Positions 1 to 9,608 of a DNA stretch of 64,000 nt are shown in pieces. How positions within the stretch are numbered: position 1 is the first letter of the stretch; the number at the start of each line of letters is the position of its first letter. Where the stretch lies: contig CAVZVA010000002.1 of NCBI GenBank assembly GCA_963778655.1, positions 544,001 through 608,000 on the forward strand, written 5' to 3'. The DNA comes from an uncultured delta proteobacterium (GTDB taxonomy: Bacteria; Myxococcota_A; Polyangia; Polyangiales; JAFGIB01). The notes below the pieces were generated by a model. It ran no database searches. It saw nothing but the letters and a program-made list of their open reading frames with translations, and had not been told where the DNA came from. A program made the translations under genes and the position numbers.

Positions 1-1696
1 CGCGCAGCGCACGCTGCGCGCGGTCACGCCGCTGCCACACCCGCGCTGGCTCGCGCGCTCGCCGGACGGCACGCTGGCGGCCACCGTGAGCGAGGAAACC
101 GACGAGCTGATCACGATCTCGGCGCGTGGCATCGAGCGCCGCATCCCGGTCGGGGACGCGCCCAGCGATTGCGCCTTCCTCGACGCCACGCACATCGCAG
201 TGTCCCACCGCGCGAGCGACGCCTTGCTCATCGTGGACGCCGCGGGCGGAACGCGAGAGCAGAGCCTGGCGCTCGGCGCGTTTCAAACCCGGCTGGCGGT
301 GAGCCCGGATGGCTCGCTGCTGGCCGTGGGCCGCGGCGGCCGCAACCCCGAGCTCGTGCTGGTGGGCTGGCCGCAGGCGCGTGTGCTGGCGCGCATCGCG
401 TTCGACCTCGCGCCCGATTGGCTGGCCTTCGGCGCGGACGCCGGCACGCTCTTGGTGAGCACGCGCGCGGACGCCGCGCTGCGGCGCTACCGGCTCGGCC
501 CGGGCGGCTGGCGAGAGGACGGCAGGCTGCGGCTGGGCCGCGCCGCGGTCACGCTGGCGCGCTCGCGCGACGGCGCGCGCGTCATGCTCGCCACCACCGA
601 CTACCGGCCCGACGGCCGCGGCAACCTGGCGAACCACTTCGTGCAGGACCAGATCTTGTTCGTCGACGTTGGGCGCCTGCGCGTGGAGCGCGTGCTGCTC
701 ACGGCGCGGCGCAGCCCGCGCCAGTCCAAACCCGGAGACGTGGACCGCGGCGTCTCGCCGATGGGCATCAGCCAGGCCGAGGACGGCTCGCTGTTGATCG
801 CCTTTGCGGGCACCGACGAGCTGTGGCGCTGGCGCCCCGATGCGCCCGAGCCCGAGCCGATCGACCTGTACGACACGGAGCTGCACGCGCCGTGCTCTGT
901 GGTCCAGCTGCACGGCGGCGCGCTGCTGCTTTCGTCACCCTCGGCCGGTGCGCTCGGGCTGCTGTCGGGGTCGCGGGCGCAGCCGCGCGTGCTGCGGCTC
1001 GCGCCCGACGACGCCTATCTGCTCAAGCACGACCCCGACGCGCTCGAGCGGCGGCTGGGCGAGTGGGGCTTCTACGAGGCCACGCGCAGCGGGATCTCGT
1101 GCCAGAGCTGCCACATGCACGCCGACAGCGACGAGGCCGCGCACAACCTCGGCACCCATCGCCTGCTGCCGACGCTCTCGGTGCGCGGGCTGCTCGGCAC
1201 CGGGCCGTTTCTGCGCGACGGTAGCTTCGCCAGCATCGGCGAGCTCGATCACGTGTCGCAGACGCTGTACCGCGGCTATCTGCGGCGCGCGCCGGGACGG
1301 CCGCAAACGCTGCAGGCGTTCGTGAGCGCGCTGCCGCGGCGGCCTGTAGCGCGGCAGGACAGCCCGCAGCAGCTGGCGCAGCAGCGCCGCGGCGTGCGCG
1401 CGTTCGTGCGCGCGGGCTGCCCCACCTGCCACGCCTTTCCCGCGTTTACGAACCTCGGCCAGCAGCTGTTCCGCAACCTGTTTCCGCTGCGCGGCGCGAA
1501 GCGGCCCGCCGACGATCTGCTCGACACGCCGTCGCTGCTCTCGGTGGGAGCGAGCGCGCCCTATCTCAGCGACGGTCGGGCGCGCACGCTGCAGGCGGTG
1601 CTGGTCGACCACAATCGCAGCAATCGCCACGGCAACACCGCGGCGCTTTCCAGCGGGGAGCGCGCCGACCTGATCGCGCTATTGGAGTCGTTGTGA
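1..1696 (+). CDS. Beta-propeller (YVTN/YncE-like) plus di-heme cytochrome c peroxidase/MauG-like protein, 5' partial
   Basis: Frame is open from position 2. Propeller-like repeats (LAVSPDGSLLAV), two CxxCH motifs (CQSCH, CPTCH), and a CCP-type tail DTPSLLSVGASAPYLSDGRA. Confidence 0.8.
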   Translation, partial: AQRTLRAVTPLPHPRWLARSPDGTLAATVSEETDELITISARGIERRIPVGDAPSDCAFLDATHIAVSHRASDALLIVDAAGGTREQSLALGAFQTRLAVSPDGSLLAVGRGGRNPELVLVGWPQARVLARIAFDLAPDWLAFGADAGTLLVSTRADAALRRYRLGPGGWREDGRLRLGRAAVTLARSRDGARVMLATTDYRPDGRGNLANHFVQDQILFVDVGRLRVERVLLTARRSPRQSKPGDVDRGVSPMGISQAEDGSLLIAFAGTDELWRWRPDAPEPEPIDLYDTELHAPCSVVQLHGGALLLSSPSAGALGLLSGSRAQPRVLRLAPDDAYLLKHDPDALERRLGEWGFYEATRSGISCQSCHMHADSDEAAHNLGTHRLLPTLSVRGLLGTGPFLRDGSFASIGELDHVSQTLYRGYLRRAPGRPQTLQAFVSALPRRPVARQDSPQQLAQQRRGVRAFVRAGCPTCHAFPAFTNLGQQLFRNLFPLRGAKRPADDLLDTPSLLSVGASAPYLSDGRARTLQAVLVDHNRSNRHGNTAALSSGERADLIALLESL

Positions 1697-2331
1697 GCGC
1701 TCAGGTGTCAGCAAGCGCGGTCGAGGGCGCGAACAAGGCGGCCGCAGCTCCGTCGAGCCGGCGCCGTGCCACCGCGCGCGGTGCCGCGATCGCGGCGGCC
1801 CTGGCGCTGAGCGTGGTCGGCTGGCTCGGGCTGCACGAGCGCTGGGCGGTCGCGCGCGAGCTCGTGCTCTCGCGCGGCACCGGCTGGGTCGCGCTCGGCG
1901 CGCTGCTGCTCTCACTGTGCATGACCCCGCTCGGGCGCATCGGCTCGCGGCTGTCGGGACGCGCCAAGCCTGCTGCCGACCTCGCGCTGGCGCGGCGGGC
2001 GCTGGGCATCACCGCGGCGTGGCTCGCGCTCGGCCACGCGTGCCTCTCACTCGCGCTCGACTTGCACGGCAACCTGGCCGCGCTGCTGGCCTGGCCGCAC
2101 CTGCGCGCGGGGCTGGCAGCGCTATGCGTGCTGCTGGTGCTGCTGCTGACCTCGTTCGGAGCGCTGATCGCCCGGCTGCGCCTGCGCTTCTGGAAGGAGT
2201 TGCACCGGCTGGCCTACGTCGCCGCCCTGCTCGCGCTGCAGCACGTGCTGCTCTCGCCCTTCGCGCCCCGCACACTTACGCTGGTGCTGTTTGGGGCGGC
2301 CTTCTTGCTCGGTCTGGCGCGCTTCTTGTGA
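1693..2331 (+). CDS. MsrQ/YedZ-like ferric reductase-type heme b membrane protein
   Basis: GTGA overlap with the upstream gene. Motifs TGWVAL..LSLCMTPL, RRALG..ALGH, LLLTS and WKELHRLAY..LQH typical of MsrQ; several hydrophobic helices. Confidence 0.8.
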   Translation: MSAQVSASAVEGANKAAAAPSSRRRATARGAAIAAALALSVVGWLGLHERWAVARELVLSRGTGWVALGALLLSLCMTPLGRIGSRLSGRAKPAADLALARRALGITAAWLALGHACLSLALDLHGNLAALLAWPHLRAGLAALCVLLVLLLTSFGALIARLRLRFWKELHRLAYVAALLALQHVLLSPFAPRTLTLVLFGAAFLLGLARFL

Positions 2332-2421
2332 CCGGGGCACCTGCCGCCTGGTGTACGCTTCCTGCAGCGAGGAGACCCCCTCACGGCGCGGTCGCACGCG
2401 CCGATCGGATTGACCTCACCC

Positions 2422-5388
2422 ATGATCACGCCGGCCGAAGCCCTTGGACTCAGCGGCGCGACGCTCGAGACGCGCGTGCGCCAGGCCATGCGGCACGTGG
2501 GCGACGCCACGCTCGTGCGGATCGCGCGCCGCCTCGAGGAGGACGCGCGGCTCAATGAAGTGGTGTACGAACGCGACGGCGTGCTCGAGCCGGTCCGCAT
2601 CATCTTGCGCCCCTTACTGGTGATGCCGGAGCAGATCGCCTACGTGCACCAGGTGTGCACGCGCCTGCACGACGCGCTCAAGCGCATGCCGCTGCTCTAC
2701 CTGGAGGACCCGGACGTGCGGCGCGTGCTGCGCATCTCGGACGCCGAGGACCGCTGGTTGCGCGAGGCGTGGAGCACGCACCACAGCAGCGCCAATCCGG
2801 TCTACAGCCGGCTCGACGCGGTCTGCAATTTCTCGGCCGCGGGCTGGCGCGAATCGCTGCACTTCATGGAGCCGAACCTGTCCGGCGTCGGCGGCATCCA
2901 CTACGGCCCGCTGGCCGAAGAGCTGGTGATGCGGGACGTGGTGCCGACGATCGTGGCGCACGATCCCAACCTGTCGATCGAGCTACCGCGCGATCAGCGC
3001 GAGCTGTTCCTGCAAATGCTGCTCGACCACGCGCAGGCGCTTGGAAGGGCCGGCGGCAACCTGTGCTTCGTGGAGCCCAAGTACAGCGCCGGCGGCGCCA
3101 ATGAGCAACCGGCGCTGGTGCGCTACGTGAGCAGCAAGCACGATGGCGCGGTGGTACACGCGGACCCGCGCGAGCTACGTCTGGTCGGCGACGAGGTCTA
3201 CTACGAAGACGTGCGGATCGACGTCGCCTATCGCGACTACGAGACGCGCGATCTGATCGCGCTGGGCGAGGCGGAGGGGCACGATCTGGCGGCAATGCGC
3301 GCGCTGTTCCGCCAGAACCGCGTGGTGTCGTCGATCGGCGGCGACTTCGACCACAAGAGCTGCTGGGAGGTGTTGACCGACGACACGCTGGCGACCCGAC
3401 ACTTCACCGCGGAGGAGCGGCGGCTGTTTTCCAAACACGTGTTGTGGACGCGCGCGGTCTCGGACCGGCGCACCAGCCTGCCGCGCGGCGAGGGTGACTT
3501 GCTCGAGCTGATCCGCACCCAGCGCGAGGAGCTGGTGCTCAAGCCGTCGCGCGCGTTCGGCGGCCAGGACATCCACCTGGGCAGGCTCACCGGCCAGGCC
3601 GAGTGGGAGCTGCTGATCGAGCAGGCCGTACGCCTGGCCGACGATCCGCACCGCTCGTGGGTGGTGCAGCAGGCGACCACCTTGCCGGTGCACGAGTTTC
3701 CCGTGGTGGACGGCAGCGGGCGCGTGAACGAGGAGCCATTCTACGTGGTGATGGGCTTCGCGCCCACCGACGGCGGCCTGGGCGTGCTGTGCCGGGTGTC
3801 GCAGAAGCAGGTGGTCAACGTGGCTCAACGCGGCGGCCTGGCCGCGGTGCTGATCGGCCACGCGCCCTCGGAGCTGCGGGCGCCACTGCGGGCGGCGCCG
3901 CGGCGCGGGGACGCCGAGGAGCGTGTGCGCAGCCGGATCTCGGACCTGCGCGGGCTCGACACCGCGATCGGCCTGCTCGGTTGGGACGAGGAGACGTACC
4001 TGCCCGAAGGCGCGCGCGAAGGCCGCGGCGAGCAGCTGGCAACGCTCGAGAGCCTGCGCCACCGGCTGCTCACGGCGGACGCGCTGGGCGATGAGATCGA
4101 GGAGGCCGCCGAGCAGGCGGCAGCGGGCAGCCTGCTGCAGGCGGAGCTGCGGCGCTTGCGAAGGTTGCGTCGCATCGCGCTGGCCTTGCCGGACGATCTG
4201 GTGCGCGCGTTCGCCCAGGCGCGCTCGCACACGCTCGCGCGCTGGGAGCAGGCGCGCAAGGACGACGACTTCGCGCTGTTCGCGCCGGCGCTGTTGCGGC
4301 TGCTCGGGCTGGTGCGCGAGCGCGCGCAGGCGCTGCAACCGGGCGACGAGCTGTACGACGGGCTGCTCGACGAGTACGAGCCGGCGATGACGCGCGCGCG
4401 GCTCGAGCCGGTCCTGCTGGCGCTGCGCGCGCGGCTGCCGGCGCTGGTCGCGACCCTGGCCGAGCGCACCGCGCGCTATGCCGAGCGGCTGCCGCCGGGG
4501 CGCTACGGGGACGCGCTCCAGGAGAAGCTGTGTGAACAGCTGCTGGTGGATATCGGCTTCGACCTGCAGCGCGGGCGTTTCGACCGCTCGACCCACCCGT
4601 TCACGCTGATGGCGGGCGAGGACGACGTGCGGGTGACCCTGCGCGTGAGCGAGGACAACCCGCTGTCGGCGACCTTCGCCACGCTGCACGAAGGCGGTCA
4701 CGCGCTCTACGATCAGGGCTTCGGCGCCGAGCTGCGCGGCACGCTGTTAGCCGAGGGCCCGGGCATGGGTATCCACGAGTCGCAGTCGCGGCTGTGGGAA
4801 AACGGCGTGGGCCGCAGCCGGGCGTTTTGGGCGTACCAGGGGCCCAAGCTGCGCCGGGCCTTTCCCGAGCTGCTCGCGAGCGTCGACGACGAGGCAATCT
4901 ACCGCACGGTCAACGTGGTGCGACCGGGCGTTAACCGGGTGGAAGCCGACGAGGTCACCTATAACCTGCACATCGTGATGCGCTACCAGCTGGAGCTGGC
5001 GCTGCTGCAGGGCGACCTGCCGGTGGAGGAGCTGCCGCTGGCCTGGGCCGAGCAGAGCCGAACGCTGCTCGGGGTGCGCCCGAGCGGCGCGCTCGACGGC
5101 TGCCTGCAGGACGTGCACTGGGCGCTGGGCGCGTTCGGCTACTTTCCCACCTATGCGCTCGGCAACCTGTGCGCGGCGCAACTGATGGAAGCGTTCGCGG
5201 CGGAGCACCCGCGCTTCGACGACGAGCTCGCGCGCGGTCAGATGGGCGCGCTGCTCGACTGGCTCCGGCGTCAGATCCACAACCACGGCCACCGCTACAG
5301 CGCCGACGAGCTGATCGCGCGCGCCACCGGCCGCCCGCTCGACCCCGAGGCCTTCTTCAGGGCAATCGCGGCCAAGCACGAAGGGTGA
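2422..5388 (+). CDS. Fusion of a circularly permuted ATP-grasp ligase domain and an M32 (carboxypeptidase Taq-like) metallocarboxypeptidase
   Basis: N-half: SRLD, FMEPN, LVLKPSRAFGGQDIHLG, WVVQQ, VVNVAQRGG. C-half: LLGWDEET, DRSTHPF, HEGGHALYDQG, HESQSRLWEN, EADEVTYNLH, QDVHW, GYFPTYALGN. Start is ATG 2422 or TTG 2410. Confidence 0.85.
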   Translation: MITPAEALGLSGATLETRVRQAMRHVGDATLVRIARRLEEDARLNEVVYERDGVLEPVRIILRPLLVMPEQIAYVHQVCTRLHDALKRMPLLYLEDPDVRRVLRISDAEDRWLREAWSTHHSSANPVYSRLDAVCNFSAAGWRESLHFMEPNLSGVGGIHYGPLAEELVMRDVVPTIVAHDPNLSIELPRDQRELFLQMLLDHAQALGRAGGNLCFVEPKYSAGGANEQPALVRYVSSKHDGAVVHADPRELRLVGDEVYYEDVRIDVAYRDYETRDLIALGEAEGHDLAAMRALFRQNRVVSSIGGDFDHKSCWEVLTDDTLATRHFTAEERRLFSKHVLWTRAVSDRRTSLPRGEGDLLELIRTQREELVLKPSRAFGGQDIHLGRLTGQAEWELLIEQAVRLADDPHRSWVVQQATTLPVHEFPVVDGSGRVNEEPFYVVMGFAPTDGGLGVLCRVSQKQVVNVAQRGGLAAVLIGHAPSELRAPLRAAPRRGDAEERVRSRISDLRGLDTAIGLLGWDEETYLPEGAREGRGEQLATLESLRHRLLTADALGDEIEEAAEQAAAGSLLQAELRRLRRLRRIALALPDDLVRAFAQARSHTLARWEQARKDDDFALFAPALLRLLGLVRERAQALQPGDELYDGLLDEYEPAMTRARLEPVLLALRARLPALVATLAERTARYAERLPPGRYGDALQEKLCEQLLVDIGFDLQRGRFDRSTHPFTLMAGEDDVRVTLRVSEDNPLSATFATLHEGGHALYDQGFGAELRGTLLAEGPGMGIHESQSRLWENGVGRSRAFWAYQGPKLRRAFPELLASVDDEAIYRTVNVVRPGVNRVEADEVTYNLHIVMRYQLELALLQGDLPVEELPLAWAEQSRTLLGVRPSGALDGCLQDVHWALGAFGYFPTYALGNLCAAQLMEAFAAEHPRFDDELARGQMGALLDWLRRQIHNHGHRYSADELIARATGRPLDPEAFFRAIAAKHEG

Positions 5389-5457
5389 GCGGGCGTAATC
5401 GGGAAGCGGCGACGTATGGCTGTCGCGCTCGCCCGCCGGGGCGCTATGCTCCGGCGC

Positions 5458-5880
5458 ATGACCGAAGAGCACATCGATCCCACCAAGGAGCAGTTCGGGG
5501 AATTCAAGCGCATGCAGCGCCAGGGCCCGATCCACATGCTGAACCTCGTGCGCCTGCGCAAGCGCGCGCGCTACCCGGACGGGCGCGAGGCAAGTGGCGA
5601 GGAGGCCTACCGCGCGTACGCGCGGGAAAGCGGCGAGGCCTTCCGGCGGGTGGGCGGGCGCCAGCACTGGCTGGGGCGCTTCGAGTTGACGCTGATCGGG
5701 CCGAGCGACGAGCACTGGGATCGGGTGTTCATCGCCGAGTATCCGAGCGTCGATGCATTCGTGACCATGCTCCGCGATCCGGTCTACCGCGAGGCGGTCA
5801 AGCACCGGCAGGCCGCGGTCGAGGACTCGCGCCTCATCCGCCTGATGCCGCTGGCGCCGAGCGACGCGTTCGGCGAGTGA
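5458..5880 (+). CDS. DUF1330 domain protein
   Basis: GPIHMLNLVRLR..Y..SGEEAYRAY..WDRVFIAEYPSVDAF..Y..AVKHRQAAVEDSRLI pattern. Confidence 0.8.
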   Translation: MTEEHIDPTKEQFGEFKRMQRQGPIHMLNLVRLRKRARYPDGREASGEEAYRAYARESGEAFRRVGGRQHWLGRFELTLIGPSDEHWDRVFIAEYPSVDAFVTMLRDPVYREAVKHRQAAVEDSRLIRLMPLAPSDAFGE

Positions 5881-5922
5881 CGGGGACGAGCTACCGGCGC
5901 CAGGCGCCATCGCGCACGGCTG

Positions 5923-6426
5923 TTATCCTGGGCCACCCTCACCGCGGGCACGGCGGGCGCGGCGGACCAGGAACGCCACGATGACCAGGTTGAGCGCCAT
6001 GATCGCAATGCGCCCGAGCCGGGGGTGACGCACGCTCGCGGCCAGCTCGATCGGCAGCAGCCCTGCGGTCGTGACCACGACGAGCCAGGGGCCCCAATGC
6101 CGGCGCCCGTAGAGCGCGAGGCCTTCGACCAAGGTGAGCAGCCCGTCCGCCGCGAGCCCGAGCGCGCCCAGCTCCAGGAAGTGCGGCGTGGCGAAACGCA
6201 GCAACACGCGCGCGAGCTCGATGCTCCAGGCTGCGGTCGCATGCTCTCGTAGCGCCCGTGCAGCGTCGGCGACGCCTTGGCCGCCCCCGCGGAGCGCGAG
6301 CAGCAACGCCGCGCAGCAGAGCGCGAGCTGCAACCCCGCCTTGCCGAGCTTGTATGCGATCAACAGGCTGTAGGCACGCTCTGATCCGTCCGCGGCGTGC
6401 CGCAGGTCGCGTCGCTGGGCGTTCAT
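5923..6426 (-). CDS. DUF2127 family membrane protein
   Basis: LIAYKLGKA..VEGLAL...WGPWLVVVTTAGLLPIEL..LNLVIVAFL pattern; about 4 TM helices. Confidence 0.75.
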   Translation of the reverse strand: MNAQRRDLRHAADGSERAYSLLIAYKLGKAGLQLALCCAALLLALRGGGQGVADAARALREHATAAWSIELARVLLRFATPHFLELGALGLAADGLLTLVEGLALYGRRHWGPWLVVVTTAGLLPIELAASVRHPRLGRIAIMALNLVIVAFLVRRARRARGEGGPG

Positions 6427-6574
6427 GCTGTGCTCACTGCCCGCGCATTCTGCTGTGCGGGGAGCGAGCGGGGAAGAGCCGGGTTTGCCGAATCGCCCCG
6501 CTCAAGCCCGCGTGCAAGCGCGTGGATCTGAGCGTCCTGCTCCCGAAGCGGGGCAGAACCTCGCGAAACGTGGG

Positions 6575-6594
6575 TGTGGACAACTTGTGAATAG
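6575..6594. promoter_or_regulatory. Two tandem DnaA-box-like 9-mers
   Basis: TGTGGACAA (6575-6583) and TGTGAATAG (6586-6594), each one mismatch from TGTGNATAA (reverse complement of TTATNCACA), in a divergent intergenic region. Confidence 0.4.
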
Positions 6595-6774
6595 ACGCCG
6601 CAGCAACGACATGGCGGCTCACGTCCGCACATCAGATCGCAGATCCTTTTTTGTAACGGCTTCATCTCGGCTCTGCGCAACCCGGATCGAAAGAGGTAGA
6701 GTTTCTCTTCGGCGACGCGCTTCGCAGCAGGCGAACGCGATCCGCATCACCTCGATCGGCTGTGCGCGCTGGCT

Positions 6775-8337
6775 ATGGGATTCTTTTCAAAGCTCTTCAA
6801 GAACGACGAGGACGCGCCCGCCGATGCGCAAGAGCAGCCGCCGGCGCACAGCGGTACCGGCACAGCGACCGGCACGCGGGACGCGGCAGCCCCGACGCCC
6901 GCCGCGAGCGCGGGCGCCGGCTCGAAAGCCGAAGAAGCCGGCCCGAGCCCGGTCGCAACCGGCGCCACGGTCGAGCCCGAGGCGGCGCGGCCGGCCGCAC
7001 CACGGCCGCCGGCGCCGGCCGCCGCGCCTGGAACGACCGCGGCCAGGTCCGCCGCGACCAAGGCAACCCCGCCCTTCCCGGCCGCCGTGCCGCCGCCCAT
7101 GGGCGCGGTCCGGCCCGCGGAGGGAGCAGCGGCCGCGTCGGCCGCGCGCGCGCGTGCAGCGGTCGCAGTCACCAGAGCTACCGCAACCAAGCCCGCAGGG
7201 GCGCCCAAGGCCGCGCCTCCCCCGCTCAAGCTCGGCGGCGCAGCCGCGACCGGACGCACGACGCCCAAGCCATCGCGCGCCAGCGCGGCCGAGCTCGCAG
7301 CGCAGCCGCAGGAAGCCAAGCCCAGCAACGGTGCAGCACGCGCGCCCGCAACCAGCGCGACCGCCGAACGCGCGGGCGCAGCACTCCCGGTCTCGCCGCC
7401 GGCAGCCGAAGCCGCGCTCGATGACGCGGTCGACGCAGCGGTCGATAGGCTGCTCGACGCAGCCGAGACCCAGGCGGACGCGGCCGTCGCCGAGGCCGAA
7501 CGCGAGGCCGATCGGCGGGCTGCCGCGGAGACCTTTCATGCCATGGTCGTTGCGAACGCCGCGCAGGTGCGCGAGCTCATGTTTCAGCTGTCGATGGGAC
7601 GCACGCCGCGGAAGTGGGCGCTCGCGTGCCGGCCCGTGATCGCGCCCTTCCTCGCCGGAGCGCGCCAGATCGAGCTCTCGGACCTCAGTGATGCGCTCGC
7701 GCAGCTCGATGCAGCGCTCGGGCGCGCCGCCGCCGAGCCGGGCGCGTACATTCGCCCCGAGACGGCGAGCGCGATCGAGGCGAGCTATGGGCGGCTCAGC
7801 GCGCTGCTGCCGCAGGCTTTCACCGCGAACGACGACGGCGACGGTCGGCGCCTGCTCCTGCTCGAATCGCTGCTGTTGCAGGTGCCGGCGATGAGCCGCC
7901 GCGCGCTGAACAAGCTCTACAGCGCGGGTCTGGGATCACTCGATCGGCTCGGTGGCGCCGCAGCCGAGGAAATTTCGGCGGTGGCGGGCCTCGACCGCGG
8001 TCTCGCCCGAGCGGTCGCCGAGCGCGTGCAGGAGTTCGAGCGTGAACGCAGTCGCCTCGACTCGGCCGAGCTGCGCCCGCAAGCGCGCGAGCGCCTGCGC
8101 AGCGTGCTGGCGCGCCTGCGGCGACTGCAAGAGGACTTCGAGCATGCCGAGCTCGAGGAGGCGGCCGAACGCAAGCGTGCGGCACGACGCGCACGCGAGG
8201 CCGCGGCCCGCGAGGTCGACGCGCTGCTGGCGCAAGTCGGCGAGCTCCATCTGATCGAGGAGCTGCGGCGCTGCGCGGTACGGAGCAAGATCACGCGGCT
8301 CGAGAGCTACCTCGAGCCGGCGCCGGCATCGGCGTAG
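6775..8337 (+). CDS. Helix-hairpin-helix domain protein with Ala/Pro-rich N-terminal linker and C-terminal coiled coil
   Basis: Amphipathic N-terminus MGFFSKLFK, low-complexity linker, HhH-like LLQVPAMSRRALNKLYSAGLGSLDRL..EEISAVAGLDRGLARAV, charged helical tail. Confidence 0.7.
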   Translation: MGFFSKLFKNDEDAPADAQEQPPAHSGTGTATGTRDAAAPTPAASAGAGSKAEEAGPSPVATGATVEPEAARPAAPRPPAPAAAPGTTAARSAATKATPPFPAAVPPPMGAVRPAEGAAAASAARARAAVAVTRATATKPAGAPKAAPPPLKLGGAAATGRTTPKPSRASAAELAAQPQEAKPSNGAARAPATSATAERAGAALPVSPPAAEAALDDAVDAAVDRLLDAAETQADAAVAEAEREADRRAAAETFHAMVVANAAQVRELMFQLSMGRTPRKWALACRPVIAPFLAGARQIELSDLSDALAQLDAALGRAAAEPGAYIRPETASAIEASYGRLSALLPQAFTANDDGDGRRLLLLESLLLQVPAMSRRALNKLYSAGLGSLDRLGGAAAEEISAVAGLDRGLARAVAERVQEFERERSRLDSAELRPQARERLRSVLARLRRLQEDFEHAELEEAAERKRAARRAREAAAREVDALLAQVGELHLIEELRRCAVRSKITRLESYLEPAPASA

Positions 8338-8366
8338 AGAACGCCCAGCGAGGGAAGGTTACGGAC

Positions 8367-9596
8367 ATGGACGTGCCAGCGATGACCCCTGCAGACCTCG
8401 AAGCCAAGGTCAAACGCGGCGACTCGATCGAGCGCGCCGATATGGCCGGACAAGCGCTGCCGGGGGCCAAGCTCGCGCGTGCCAAGTTGCCGCGCGCCGA
8501 TTTCGATGGCGCCAACCTCGAAGGCGCGGACCTGTCCGGCGCAGACCTGTCCGGCGCGAGCCTGCGCGAGGCCTTCCTCGCCAACGCGAAGCTGGCCGGC
8601 GCCAAGCTCGGCAAGGCCGACCTCGACGGCGCCAATTTGAGCGGCGCCGACCTCTCCGGCGCCGATCTCACGCGCGCGAACCTCAGCGGCGCAAACCTCG
8701 AGGGTGCCGCGCTCGCTGGCGCCAAGCTACGCTACGCGCAGCTCGACTCGGCGAACCTCGGCGACGCCATGCTGGAGCGAGCGAACCTGAGCCACGCTGA
8801 TTTGATCGAGTGCCACCTCGGCGGGATCAAGGGCCGGGGCGCCAGCTTCAGCCGTGCCATCCTGCGGCGCGCTGATCTGAGCGAGGCGGACCTAGCTGAC
8901 GCGAGCTTCGACGGCGCAGCGCTCGAGCAAGCCAATCTCCGCTCGGCGCATTGCGAGCGCGCCCGCTTCGTGGATGCCGATCTCAGCCGGACGTGTCTGG
9001 ACGCGGCCTTTCTGGACGAGAGCGACTTGCGGCGGGCCAACCTGCAGGAGGCGAGCCTGGCCGGCGCGTCCTTGACCGGAGCGCACCTGTACGCCGCCGA
9101 AGCCAGCGCACCTCAGCTCTCGACCGCGCGCGCGGGCTTCATCGATCTGAGCGCGGACGGGGACGGCTCGCAGCGGGCTGCGCTTTCGGAGCTTGCGAAG
9201 GACCAAGGCGGCGAGCACAGAGACGGGACGCGTCGCTTCTTCGGTCTCGGAGACGTGCTGCGGAACGCGGACCTGGAGTTCGACGACGCCGCGTACGTGG
9301 AGGTGCAGAGCCGTTTCGAGCACTGCAACATCCGACTCGGTAAGGACGCCGAGCTGGTGGTGGGCGAGCACGGCAGGCTCGAGGATTGCACGATCCACGG
9401 GGGACGCCTGCGGGTGCACGGCAAGATCCTCGAACAGCGCAGCCCCGGCCTGATCGAGACATCACAAGTGTTCGTCAGCGAGAAGGGTGCGCTCTCGGCG
9501 ACGGTGCAACAGCCGCCCGAATCGACGCACTTCGCGTTCGAGCGCGGCTGCCGGCTGCGCCTGCAAATCACAGGACCCAAAAACGGCGGGAGATGA
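8367..9596 (+). CDS. Pentapeptide-repeat protein with C-terminal bactofilin-like beta-helix
   Basis: About 230 aa of A(D/N)Lxx repeats. C-terminal LVVGEHGRL..IHGGRLRVHGKI..VSEKGALSATV..FERGCRL resembles the bactofilin pattern. Confidence 0.8.
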   Translation: MDVPAMTPADLEAKVKRGDSIERADMAGQALPGAKLARAKLPRADFDGANLEGADLSGADLSGASLREAFLANAKLAGAKLGKADLDGANLSGADLSGADLTRANLSGANLEGAALAGAKLRYAQLDSANLGDAMLERANLSHADLIECHLGGIKGRGASFSRAILRRADLSEADLADASFDGAALEQANLRSAHCERARFVDADLSRTCLDAAFLDESDLRRANLQEASLAGASLTGAHLYAAEASAPQLSTARAGFIDLSADGDGSQRAALSELAKDQGGEHRDGTRRFFGLGDVLRNADLEFDDAAYVEVQSRFEHCNIRLGKDAELVVGEHGRLEDCTIHGGRLRVHGKILEQRSPGLIETSQVFVSEKGALSATVQQPPESTHFAFERGCRLRLQITGPKNGGR

Positions 9597-9608
9597 GAGG
9601 GACAAGCG

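Noticed and set aside
6430..6770. Replication origin
   Set aside because: Only two imperfect DnaA-like boxes, no extended AT-rich element and no dnaA/dnaN context.
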